IMG/VR virus record: IMGVR_UViG_3300021364_000005
Reading direction: 5' to 3' (one strand)
Length of the DNA stretch: 64,000 nucleotides
Source: a virus
Taxonomy: Duplodnaviria > Caudoviricetes
The stretch's first letter is position 1; each line of letters opens with the position of its first letter. The notes below the pieces were generated by a model, which was given only the letters and a program-made list of their open reading frames with translations, did no database searches and was not told where the DNA came from. The position numbers and the translations under genes are program-made. Positions 46,209-54,963 of the stretch are shown piece by piece.

Positions 46209-47014
46209 TTGGACTGGTAACCAAAAATGTTTTCTAATTGTAGTAATTGCATTTCGGTTAACTTTGGCATCACAGTGTCTATTTTAATATACGCATTTCC
46301 ACGTTGTCTATTGTTAAGTGGTAACCCGTGTCCTGTTATACTTAATGTGGTTCCAGGTTTTGTGCCTCTTGGAATATTAACTTTTATATCACTGCCTTCT
46401 AACGATTTTACAAATATGTGTGTGCCTTTTAATAAACTAATTAATGGAATTGTTTCTTTAGCTTTTAAATGGGGACCATCAATGTTCCAATAATGATGTC
46501 TTATGTAATTTACTAGGACATTTAAATTGCCTCTAGGAAAATCAGATACTGCGTTATCTCCTAATCCTCTAAACTGAACAGTTTGACCGTTTTGGATGTA
46601 AGGGGGAATAGTAACCTCAGCCTCTTCTATACCTCTTGTTGTTTTATATCTTAGTCTTAAATTTTTTCCACTGAATACTTCTTCTAGACTAAGTTTTACT
46701 GGTATAGAAATATCCTTGTTTCTTGGTCCGTGTCTTTGTTGAAATCCTCCTCCGAACATATTGGAAAATATATCATTAAAATTTCCAAAATTATCACTAA
46801 AGGCATTTGAATTGAACTGTGCTTGTGGATTATCATACGCTGCTTTTTTTTGTGGATCTTTTAAAACATCGTATGCTTCGTTTATTTGTTTAAATTTGGT
46901 ATCGTCACCACCTGTACGATCAGGATGATGCTCCATAGCAAGTTTTCTATATGCTTGTTTTATTTCTTTGTCAGAGGCTGTTCTATTTACGCCAAGTACA
47001 CTATAATGGTCCAT
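46205..47014 (-). CDS. dnaJ: DnaJ-class J-domain co-chaperone (type II, CbpA-like)
   Basis: J domain with HPD, G/F region and C-terminal domain; no Zn finger. Confidence 0.92.
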   Translation of the reverse strand: MDHYSVLGVNRTASDKEIKQAYRKLAMEHHPDRTGGDDTKFKQINEAYDVLKDPQKKAAYDNPQAQFNSNAFSDNFGNFNDIFSNMFGGGFQQRHGPRNKDISIPVKLSLEEVFSGKNLRLRYKTTRGIEEAEVTIPPYIQNGQTVQFRGLGDNAVSDFPRGNLNVLVNYIRHHYWNIDGPHLKAKETIPLISLLKGTHIFVKSLEGSDIKVNIPRGTKPGTTLSITGHGLPLNNRQRGNAYIKIDTVMPKLTEMQLLQLENIFGYQSN

Positions 47015-47034
47015 ACTGTACTTAGCGTGTTATA

Positions 47035-47400
47035 TTAGCCTTTCTTGCTAGTTCCGGCGTATAGTCCGAACCAAGCAGCACCTGCACCGACTACTACACT
47101 TATTAGTCCTGATTGCTCCATAGTCGGGTCTGGTAAGTCCATATACCAAATAACACATTTGTAAAGTAATATTATGTAAACAGTAATAAAAATACGAGGG
47201 AAAATTCTCCAAGCATCTACTGCTTTAGCTAAATGTATTATTTTTGCATAAGGATTAGGTCCTAGGTCTTTAACACTTGTATCTACTTCTAAATCTAGCT
47301 TCACTTTTTTAGTAGCACCTTCTGAACTTGCTGGAACTACTACTTCTGCGTCATGCTTTTCTGCTGGAACATCTAAGTCTTCAAGTTTTCTTCTTGGCAT
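47035..47400 (-). CDS. 2-TM membrane protein, holin candidate
   Basis: Two TM helices with a charged N-terminus, inside the lysis cassette. Confidence 0.45.
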   Translation of the reverse strand: MPRRKLEDLDVPAEKHDAEVVVPASSEGATKKVKLDLEVDTSVKDLGPNPYAKIIHLAKAVDAWRIFPRIFITVYIILLYKCVIWYMDLPDPTMEQSGLISVVVGAGAAWFGLYAGTSKKG

Positions 47401-47677
47401 TTTTGCCCTCCAATTTCTCTAAACGTTTTTCTATTTCATCTATTTTTGATGTTATTTTAGGATACTTTACACGCCAAGCATTTGGATCGTTTTGTAGCCA
47501 GGTCCATCCCCAACGTATTGCTAGATATTCTAATGTTGCATCAAATTTACTTACTGCCCATGTTGCCATTCTTGTGTCTTTAAACCAAAACAAAAATGCC
47601 GCACCAAACAGTGAACCTGCAAGTGCTGTGTAAATCCACAGTCTATCGCTTGCCATACGTTCAATCATTTCCCACAT
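47381..47677 (-). CDS. 1-TM membrane protein (lysis cassette)
   Basis: TM helix plus coiled tail; GGAGG SD. Confidence 0.55.
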   Translation of the reverse strand: MWEMIERMASDRLWIYTALAGSLFGAAFLFWFKDTRMATWAVSKFDATLEYLAIRWGWTWLQNDPNAWRVKYPKITSKIDEIEKRLEKLEGKNAKKKT

Positions 47678-47700
47678 AGTACCCTCCTACTATGTTGTAT

Positions 47701-48177
47701 TTATTCTATATGACGCCTAATACTTATCGCACGACCGGGATAATATAAACTGTATTTTACTTGGTTATTTTGATTGCCACCTAGTATTATCCATTCGCCC
47801 GAAGGTGGGTACGTGCCTACATAAAACCCTACGTGCCCTTTCCATCCTTCATTTCCTCTTGGAAATACTACTATGTCTCCGTACTGTATTTTTGTATAAT
47901 GTACTTCTTCGCCCCAATCTAAAAAACTTCTCGCCATTAAAGGATATTCCGATACACTTTCACTACCAGGAATTCCTGCATTATTCAACATTGCATTAAC
48001 AAATGCTGCACACCATTCAGTACGCACTGGATCTACACCTACAAGTTGTTTTATTTCTTGTCTGTCTTTTGTTTCAGTCAATCCTATAAAACCTTTTGCT
48101 CTATCAAGAGGCGAGGCATTTATTGTCTGACAAGCAGATAGTGCCACAAGGATGGCCGGAAGAAATTTCCTAAGCAT
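47701..48177 (-). CDS. NlpC/P60-CHAP-like peptidoglycan hydrolase (TIGR02594-like), probable lipoprotein
   Basis: Lipobox LSAC; WCAAFV catalytic Cys; GHVGF; GGNQ. Confidence 0.8.
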   Translation of the reverse strand: MLRKFLPAILVALSACQTINASPLDRAKGFIGLTETKDRQEIKQLVGVDPVRTEWCAAFVNAMLNNAGIPGSESVSEYPLMARSFLDWGEEVHYTKIQYGDIVVFPRGNEGWKGHVGFYVGTYPPSGEWIILGGNQNNQVKYSLYYPGRAISIRRHIE

Positions 48178-48185
48178 ACAGATAT

Positions 48186-48638
48186 TTATTTAAATGGGTT
48201 TAGCTTATCTAATGTAGATTCTGCAGGTCTGCTATTTTCTGCTTCAACTTCTACTTGTGCATTTTCAATTTGTTGATTGGCATCTTCTAATGCTTTTTCG
48301 GATTGTTCGTAGTAGTTTTGATAGGCAGCAATTATTTCTTTTTGCTGTTGTAATAACACCATTATATCACTCATGTTTAACGATAGTTTTTCATAACCGT
48401 CATCTGTCAATGCAATTAAAGCAGGGTCTTTTTTGTCCTTAATTAATTTGGCAAAAACTTCTTCAGCATTTTCTTTGTTAATTACAATCCATTCTACGTC
48501 CTTTAGACGTAGTTGTTCTACAGGAGGTAAAACTAGTGCTGGCTTATCAATTGGCTTGGCACTTATTTCTATTTGTCTCGGAGTTGATGTGCATCCTACT
48601 AATAATAGTGTCGCAACTAAAATTGTTATGAGTTTCAT
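48186..48638 (-). CDS. Outer-membrane spanin (Rz1-like lipoprotein)
   Basis: MKLITILVATLLLVGC lipobox; Pro-rich; ATG overlaps the i-spanin stop. Confidence 0.75.
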   Translation of the reverse strand: MKLITILVATLLLVGCTSTPRQIEISAKPIDKPALVLPPVEQLRLKDVEWIVINKENAEEVFAKLIKDKKDPALIALTDDGYEKLSLNMSDIMVLLQQQKEIIAAYQNYYEQSEKALEDANQQIENAQVEVEAENSRPAESTLDKLNPFK

Positions 48639-49132
48639 AAATTCTTCCTTTTCCAAGCATCGCTTTGAATGTTAGGATCAAAGTTAGGATTTGCTGTTCT
48701 CCAACATTCAGGATTAATTTCACTTGGCTTTGTTGCTGACTTTTCTTTATCTGTCAGTTCCGCCCCACTCATTATTTCTAAACAACGCTGCACATTTGAA
48801 GTTGCACCGTTTAATACTTTTTCAGTAAGCCCTGGTTTAGCAACTGCCGCGGCTCCTATATCATGTCGCGACAGTCTATCTTCTAAAGCTCTATTACGAT
48901 CACTTATTGCTTTCCATTCAGTTTGTAATCTTGCATTTTCTATTTGCATACTTTGAAATGCAGCCTGTTGTGCTACAAGAGCTTGTTCATTGGTTTGTAC
49001 GGCTGTCTCTAACTTAGCATTATTTTCCTGCAGAATTGCAATACGCTCTTGTGTGTCATTATAATACCACGCACCAGCAGCTGCCATGCCTGCCATTAAA
49101 AAGAAAAATACGATTGCTAATTTGGCACCCAT
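48635..49132 (-). CDS. Inner-membrane spanin (Rz-like)
   Basis: N-terminal TM followed by a long coiled coil, directly after the endolysin. Confidence 0.75.
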   Translation of the reverse strand: MGAKLAIVFFFLMAGMAAAGAWYYNDTQERIAILQENNAKLETAVQTNEQALVAQQAAFQSMQIENARLQTEWKAISDRNRALEDRLSRHDIGAAAVAKPGLTEKVLNGATSNVQRCLEIMSGAELTDKEKSATKPSEINPECWRTANPNFDPNIQSDAWKRKNL

Positions 49133-49137
49133 ACCAC

Positions 49138-49995
49138 CTACCCTAGTAATTTTCCCAATGTCTTGGGTCCTACTATGCCGTCAGCAACAAGTCCATTTGC
49201 ACTTTGCCATTCTTTTACAATGCGCTCTGTGCCTGGACCAAAGATACCGTCTGCTGGAGAAATATCAAGTTTTTCTTGTACCTCTGCAACTAATGGCCCT
49301 CTGCTGCCTTTACGTATAGTTTGATTTAAGTTAAGTTCTTGCTCTTCAGGTTCTTCGTAATCGCCGCCTAATACATCCATTGCATGAAGATAGTGTTTCT
49401 TACGATCGTCTAAACCAATAGTGCCACCGTTAATACGCTTTGTTGCACCTACAACATCCATATCATCACAGTACCTATTAATGCCATTTGTGTCCCAGAA
49501 CCAACACGCTGAGTCGAGCGCACCTTTTTTGGTACGTACATAGTCTACTGCTTCTTCAGGTGACATATCTACTTCTTTGCCGAACTTTGTGTAGTTGTAA
49601 CGTCCGGTAAGCTGAAGAATACCTCCGCCTCTAAACATCCAGCCGTCACCGGAATCGGTGTCACCGTTGTCCATTCTATTTGCGTAAATAACGTTTGCAA
49701 TTTTTTCAGGCTGTCTGTGATACTCATTTGCATCCCTTCCTGCTCTTTTAAAGTATTTAGGGAATATAGTGTTAAGAGCTTTTGCACTATAGTTTAAGTT
49801 TTCACTTAATACTCTAAAGCCACCGCTTTCATGTCCACATTGTGCAACAAACATTGCTACACGTTCGATTGTATCTACTTCCCATAGAGGAAGGATTTCG
49901 CACATTGCTTCATACCAATCCTCCCAATCATCTCTATGGATTAACTCCTCTGCCATCCACGGCTCGAAGTCAAACTTAAAATGTTCTTTTGCCAT
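49138..49995 (-). CDS. GH19 endolysin with a C-terminal PG-binding domain
   Basis: AQCGHESGG, ENLNYS, RG-G-LQLTG--NY, T--INGG; C-terminal DGIFGP-T...DGIVGP-T. Confidence 0.9.
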   Translation of the reverse strand: MAKEHFKFDFEPWMAEELIHRDDWEDWYEAMCEILPLWEVDTIERVAMFVAQCGHESGGFRVLSENLNYSAKALNTIFPKYFKRAGRDANEYHRQPEKIANVIYANRMDNGDTDSGDGWMFRGGGILQLTGRYNYTKFGKEVDMSPEEAVDYVRTKKGALDSACWFWDTNGINRYCDDMDVVGATKRINGGTIGLDDRKKHYLHAMDVLGGDYEEPEEQELNLNQTIRKGSRGPLVAEVQEKLDISPADGIFGPGTERIVKEWQSANGLVADGIVGPKTLGKLLG

Positions 49996-49996
49996 A

Positions 49997-50701
49997 CTAT
50001 GTCCTTTTGACTACAAGGGCTTTGCCCTGATTTTCGAAGACTAATTCGTCTCCATACTTACTTATATTGTAGTCGCCGATATACTTAGTTAAAAAGAGTA
50101 TTTCAGGATAAGCATCTATGTTAAATGCTTCTGTCATAAATAATTTATTACTATTCACAAATTTAATAAATTCAAAAACTAGAGGCTCAGCATATGCTTT
50201 TTTTACAACTATTTTGTTTGCTTTCATATGTACTGACTCTAACATACTTTGATCAAAAAACTTAGTGTAATTATTAACTTTTGATTCTTGTATTGCTTTT
50301 TCATAAGTGTCGTTATCTAATGGAATAACGCCTAAATTTTCTAATGTTGCTTCTTCGCTTTTAAAGCTCTTATAATATCTAAATCTTAATTTTTCTAGTC
50401 CAGCAAGGTCTTGGATACCATATACCATTTCTGCAATTTGTTCTGGAACATCTCTATTTCTTTCTATTTCAATAAAGACTTTGTATGTGCCGTCCGATTG
50501 TTCGCCTGTGCTTACATCTGCGTCTAACACAAAAGGATAGCCTTTTTCACAAAAGTTCATTAGATCTTTAGCTGCTTCTCTTTCATGAACACTAAAACTT
50601 ACAGTAACAATATCCTTATCTTCTCCCATTTTAGAAGAAAAACTGTCCACTTCAAAAACATCATCTACAAGGTGTATCAAGTCATCTTTTTGTAGACCCA
50701 T
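49997..50701 (-). CDS. Hypothetical protein
   Basis: 234 aa, coupled. Confidence 0.65.
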   Translation of the reverse strand: MGLQKDDLIHLVDDVFEVDSFSSKMGEDKDIVTVSFSVHEREAAKDLMNFCEKGYPFVLDADVSTGEQSDGTYKVFIEIERNRDVPEQIAEMVYGIQDLAGLEKLRFRYYKSFKSEEATLENLGVIPLDNDTYEKAIQESKVNNYTKFFDQSMLESVHMKANKIVVKKAYAEPLVFEFIKFVNSNKLFMTEAFNIDAYPEILFLTKYIGDYNISKYGDELVFENQGKALVVKRT

Positions 50702-51216
50702 TACACTGCTCCTTCAGGTGCTGGCGTATCTGTTGCTGCATCTGCATTAGCTTGAACATCTGCTTCTTGTGGAGCAGAATCTGCTGGCTTAGGATTTATT
50801 TGATTATACCCGCCATAAACTTCACCAATTAATGATGTAGGCATTTTAATTTCAACTACCCAAATTGGCTTACGGTCAAGTTTACCTTTTTTTGTACCTG
50901 GACGAATATCTTCTTCTTTGCGTATTTTACGAGGTACTAGAATATTATCTTTCCCCATACGTACTTTACAGTCATAATCTAACAGACGCTTTGCTCCCAT
51001 TGGATCTGGCATTTTTTCTCTTGGCCACATAAACTGGCAAGTAACCCAATGCCGATCAATGTCTGGTCCCATAGCTAATTCACCCTCTGACCAGTTCTCA
51101 TATACATACAAATCTAGTTCGTCAATGACTCTTTCAAAGTCCTTCAAAACATTAAACGATGTATCTGATTCATATATTGATTCTATATTTTTTACAATAT
51201 CTAAAACGTCTTTCAT
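50701..51216 (-). CDS. Hypothetical protein
   Basis: Start moved to the ATG at 51216 (AGGA SD; TAAATA at about 51240). Confidence 0.65.
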   Translation of the reverse strand: MKDVLDIVKNIESIYESDTSFNVLKDFERVIDELDLYVYENWSEGELAMGPDIDRHWVTCQFMWPREKMPDPMGAKRLLDYDCKVRMGKDNILVPRKIRKEEDIRPGTKKGKLDRKPIWVVEIKMPTSLIGEVYGGYNQINPKPADSAPQEADVQANADAATDTPAPEGAV

Positions 51217-51272
51217 ATCATAAATCCTATCTACTATGTTATTTATCCAATCCATCGATGCTAAATACATTT

Positions 51273-51305
51273 GTAGGGCAACAGCCCGAACGGGCAAAGC
51301 TCTAC
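51273..51305 (+). promoter_or_regulatory. Structured 5' leader of phoH
   Basis: GTAGGGC/GCTCTAC outer stem with an inner GCCC-GAAC-GGGC hairpin, downstream of TAAATA (51262-51267). Confidence 0.5.
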
Positions 51306-51330
51306 TTCCTATTCCAATAAGGAGGACTTA

Positions 51331-52047
51331 ATGGGAGCTAAAAGAAAGGCCGCAAGGCAGCACAATAAATATGACAATGTTGTCAATATTAACACTTTCC
51401 AAAAAAAACAAACCGTAACAATACTTCCACGTAACAGAAATCAAGAACAATATGTACTAAAACTGCTCGATACTGACAAAGATATAGTCTTTGGAATCGG
51501 ACCAGCTGGTACAGGTAAAACTTTGTTAGCAGTGCAAGTAGCTGTAAAACTTTTCAAACAAGGCACAATCGATAAGATTATTGTCACTAGACCAGCAGTG
51601 TCCGTTGATGAAGATCTAGGGTTTCTACCAGGAACACTAGAACAAAAAATGGCACCATGGACTAGACCTATTTTTGATGTGTTAAGAGAATATTTTAACG
51701 CTAGAGAAATAGAAGGCATGATAGAAGAGGGCATTATCGAAATTGCTCCTCTTGCTTATATGAGAGGCCGTACATTCAAGCATAGCTTTATTTTAGCAGA
51801 CGAAATGCAGAATGCTACACCTAATCAAATGAAAATGTTATTGACCAGACTTGGCGAGGGATCAATGATGGCAGTAACGGGTGACTTAGCACAGGCAGAT
51901 AGGCTAAAGGATAATGGTTTAATAGACTTTACAAAACTATTAGAAACATCTAGCACGACTCACTTGGACATAGTCCATTTCGGACAAGGAGATATAGAAA
52001 GACATGACGCAGTAAAAGAAGTCCTCCAAGTTTACGGAGACGAATAA
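51331..52047 (+). CDS. phoH: PhoH-like ATPase
   Basis: GPAGTGKT, RPAV, GFLPG, MRGRTF, DEMQN, GD--Q. Confidence 0.95.
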   Translation: MGAKRKAARQHNKYDNVVNINTFQKKQTVTILPRNRNQEQYVLKLLDTDKDIVFGIGPAGTGKTLLAVQVAVKLFKQGTIDKIIVTRPAVSVDEDLGFLPGTLEQKMAPWTRPIFDVLREYFNAREIEGMIEEGIIEIAPLAYMRGRTFKHSFILADEMQNATPNQMKMLLTRLGEGSMMAVTGDLAQADRLKDNGLIDFTKLLETSSTTHLDIVHFGQGDIERHDAVKEVLQVYGDE

Positions 52048-52050
52048 TGG

Positions 52051-52069
52051 AAGGGGCGTTAAGCCCCTT
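52051..52069. terminator. Probable bidirectional terminator at the convergent junction
   Basis: AAGGGGC-gttaa-GCCCCTT hairpin between phoH and the minus-strand operon. Confidence 0.65.
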
Positions 52070-52283
52070 TCAGTTTCTTAACTAGCCATTCATTCTTTGT
52101 ATATTTAAAAGTCCAAGAATTGCTTTTTAAAGGATGAGACATTTCGTTGTCGTAATACTTATTGACAGCGATGTACTTTTCTAACCAGACACGTTTTCCA
52201 CTACTCATACGCACAGGCAACAAGGCAAAGTGTTCACTAACATCCTGTTGAGGCTTTCCCATAATAGCACTTATATGCTTCAA
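52059..52283 (-). CDS. Small hypothetical protein
   Basis: Coupled to the thyX end; start uncertain. Confidence 0.5.
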   Translation of the reverse strand: MKHISAIMGKPQQDVSEHFALLPVRMSSGKRVWLEKYIAVNKYYDNEMSHPLKSNSWTFKYTKNEWLVKKLKGA

Positions 52284-52948
52284 ATTTTTTCCACCAACGG
52301 AAACACTTCAGCAATAACTTTTGCACATTTATGCGCAATTTCCATATGTTCTTTTTGTGTACCATTAGCACCGCGGAGTTCAATATAGTGTACCCAACTT
52401 CGCAGAGTGCCGTTCATATACAGTCTTGTTTTTGTGCAGCCTTCTGGTAGAACAGCCCTTGCTTGTTCTTTTGCAATCCCATTTTCAATAGCCCATTTGT
52501 ATGCTGTGCCTGCGGCATACATAACATTTTGTTGCATCTCTTCCCATCTATCCTGTAGAGTTGTATCTTCAGTTTCGATTGAATTTTGCCTATTCTTTTC
52601 ATCCTGTAGTCTTGCTTCACGAATGACAAACATATCTCCCATTTCTGAGGGATTAGCGTAACGTTGACTAAACTCTTGGAATGCAAATGAACGGTGACGC
52701 ACAATTTGGTGTGCAATATCACGTGTGGTTTCAATTTCCATACACACGTTAACCATTTCTAATGGGCTCCAGTGTGCGTGTTTAATCAAATACTTTACAA
52801 GTTTCTCACTTGTTTCACTATTCATTTGATTTGACGGATTTGATACTCTAGCACAAAACGCAACAAGATCTAATAAATCTTTGTTTTCCATGCCTTCTTT
52901 AACAAACTCTTCGGTTGGTGTTGTGTAACTTACAAGTCTAACGTTCAA
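52280..52948 (-). CDS. thyX: FAD-dependent thymidylate synthase
   Basis: RHR-x7-S-x-R (RHRSFAFQEFSQR); H-SPLE; AR-VLP; AQKEH-like motif. Confidence 0.95.
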   Translation of the reverse strand: MNVRLVSYTTPTEEFVKEGMENKDLLDLVAFCARVSNPSNQMNSETSEKLVKYLIKHAHWSPLEMVNVCMEIETTRDIAHQIVRHRSFAFQEFSQRYANPSEMGDMFVIREARLQDEKNRQNSIETEDTTLQDRWEEMQQNVMYAAGTAYKWAIENGIAKEQARAVLPEGCTKTRLYMNGTLRSWVHYIELRGANGTQKEHMEIAHKCAKVIAEVFPLVEKI

Positions 52949-52957
52949 TGTTTTCTC

Positions 52958-53491
52958 CTAATACATCATGTCGGCAGCAACAATAAATCTATCCTTGTCG
53001 CTTTTTAATTCACCTGGACGGTGCCATTCTTTACTATTATATATTATCCATTGTCCTTCTTTAGGAGGCAATTGGAGTCTTTCAGGTGCTTCGGGTCCAT
53101 TAGGAGCAAACTCTGTACCGCACTCTTTTTTATTGACCGGTACTTTGACATAGTATACTCCGCTTAAACTTTCTACTGCTTTGTTATGGTGATGGTGATG
53201 CCAAAGTGCATCACGTGGTTCGGGGTATTTTAAGCTAGTCATAAAACTCCAACTTTGTACACCTTTAATTTGTACCTCTCTACCTAAAAAGGCAAAGCAA
53301 CTCCAAACAAAACTCATTTTTAATTTTGACCAATGTGTCCCTGGCTGCCCAAATATTTGATCATTTGTTTGATACTTTGGGCTATTGTGCCAGAAGCGTC
53401 CTGCTTTGATAAGTTCACGGACATCATCTGCCATTGCATTACGCTCATTGCGTGTTATCAAGGCATTAAAATCATACCACTTGTAATCCAT
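52958..53491 (-). CDS. Putative 2OG-Fe(II) oxygenase
   Basis: WHHH...LSGVYY...WHRP...R-IVA. Confidence 0.6.
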   Translation of the reverse strand: MDYKWYDFNALITRNERNAMADDVRELIKAGRFWHNSPKYQTNDQIFGQPGTHWSKLKMSFVWSCFAFLGREVQIKGVQSWSFMTSLKYPEPRDALWHHHHHNKAVESLSGVYYVKVPVNKKECGTEFAPNGPEAPERLQLPPKEGQWIIYNSKEWHRPGELKSDKDRFIVAADMMY

Positions 53492-53832
53492 TAGTCACCT
53501 TTTCCAGGTGCTTCAGAAAAATATTTCATTTTACCTTCTACGCCGTGCCATTCTACAGCATCTTTAGGAACATCCTCATGCCGCACTTTTGTAATGACAG
53601 GCCAAAGCTCTGAATACTTTTGATTAAACTCTACCCAATCTTTTCCGTTTTCGTGTGTGTCTGGAAAAATAGCATCTGCAGGACATTCCGGCTCACATAC
53701 ACCACAGTCAATACATTCTGCAGGATTAATTACAAGCATATTTTCACCTTCGTAAAAGCAGTCTACAGGGCAAACCTCTACACAGTCCATATGCTTACAA
53801 TTAATACACGAATCATTTACTATATAAGTCAC
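53491..53832 (-). CDS. fdxA: 7Fe ferredoxin (FdxA type)
   Basis: [21 protein letters not shown]...[12 protein letters not shown]...YFSEAPG-GD. Confidence 0.95.
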   Translation of the reverse strand: MTYIVNDSCINCKHMDCVEVCPVDCFYEGENMLVINPAECIDCGVCEPECPADAIFPDTHENGKDWVEFNQKYSELWPVITKVRHEDVPKDAVEWHGVEGKMKYFSEAPGKGD

Positions 53833-54746
53833 TATAACCTCGCTAGTCTAATTAGCGTTGCCGCTAAGTTAATTTCAGGATCAACTACTAGGGTGTGATC
53901 CACTAACCCTTGTTTAATGATTAGAACTGCTTGATCTTGCTTTTCTGAATCTCCAAACAATTCTAAATTATCATACAACCAGCGATATACTTCTTCCATT
54001 TCTTCTGGACGGATAGTGCCACAAAGCAATTTACGTGCTTGCTCAATTTTACCGGCTTTAAATAATTCTACCATATCCAGTTTCCAGTCGCTCTCGCCTG
54101 TATCACCTTCATTAGGTTTGTTTAGTACACCATCAACTGAGTTCATCTGTACAGTGTTAATACATTTACGCAAGTCAGGATATGTTGCTTTTACATAGGT
54201 ATCGAGCGTATCCAAATCTGGATTAACACCTTCGGTAATAAGGATTTCAGCAACTCTAGCTGTAAATTCAGTTTGGTCAATTTTAGCAATGTGGAAACCT
54301 TGACACCTACTATGCAAAGCGGGTATAATACGATTTGGATAATTACAAGTAAGAATGAAACGAGCAGTAGTATGATACTCTTCCATAACACCGCGCAATG
54401 CCGCTTGAGCGTTTGGAGATAAGTAGTCAGCTTCATCTAATAATACAACCTTAAAGTCCCCGAATGGGATCATCTGTACAAAGTTTACAATTTTATCACG
54501 AACATCGTCTACTGAGTTTGTTCGAGATGCGTTAATTTCTAGTACGTCTAAGTCATTTACATCAAGTTCGTTAAAAAGTAATTTAGCAAGAGTAGTTTTA
54601 CCAATCCCGGCATTGCCACTAAACAGCAAATGCGGAATGGTTTTATCTTTTATCCAAGTTTGTACTTGCTTACGTTGTGCTTCATCTCTAAATACATAGC
54701 CGTCCACTGTCTTTGGACGATACTTCTCTACCCATAGTTCTTTCAT
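53832..54746 (-). CDS. Clamp loader ATPase subunit (gp44/RFC-like)
   Basis: WVEKYRP, G-AGIGKTT, EINAS, DEAD, SRC. Confidence 0.92.
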   Translation of the reverse strand: MKELWVEKYRPKTVDGYVFRDEAQRKQVQTWIKDKTIPHLLFSGNAGIGKTTLAKLLFNELDVNDLDVLEINASRTNSVDDVRDKIVNFVQMIPFGDFKVVLLDEADYLSPNAQAALRGVMEEYHTTARFILTCNYPNRIIPALHSRCQGFHIAKIDQTEFTARVAEILITEGVNPDLDTLDTYVKATYPDLRKCINTVQMNSVDGVLNKPNEGDTGESDWKLDMVELFKAGKIEQARKLLCGTIRPEEMEEVYRWLYDNLELFGDSEKQDQAVLIIKQGLVDHTLVVDPEINLAATLIRLARL

Positions 54747-54901
54747 TTACGGTTTTCCTGACCTATTCCTGCAACAATTAAAAATACATATAATATTGGC
54801 CATGCCCATCCTGTGAGATAACCAGTGATGTGTAGTGTCATAAGTGCAATACCGGTTAGTCCTGTAGTACCTATGCCACTAGATTGTCTGTCTATTTTCA
54901 T
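54743..54901 (-). CDS. 52-aa membrane peptide missed by the ORF track
   Basis: [52 protein letters not shown]; AAGGAG SD; stop overlaps the clamp-loader ATG. Confidence 0.7.
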   Translation of the reverse strand: MKIDRQSSGIGTTGLTGIALMTLHITGYLTGWAWPILYVFLIVAGIGQENRK

Positions 54902-54926
54902 AAGAAAACTCCTTACTATTCTTTAC

Positions 54927-54955
54927 ATTATAGCGTAAAAACAGTAAGGAGTCAA
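54927..54955 (-). promoter_or_regulatory. sigma70-type promoter
   Basis: TTGACT-17-TATAAT. Confidence 0.75.
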
Positions 54956-54963
54956 GTGTTTTT

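Noticed and set aside
51270-51305. c-di-GMP-I riboswitch, given the GGGCAA...GCAAAGC resemblance
   Set aside because: Too short; it lacks the second arm and the tetraloop-receptor architecture. Kept only as a generic structured leader.
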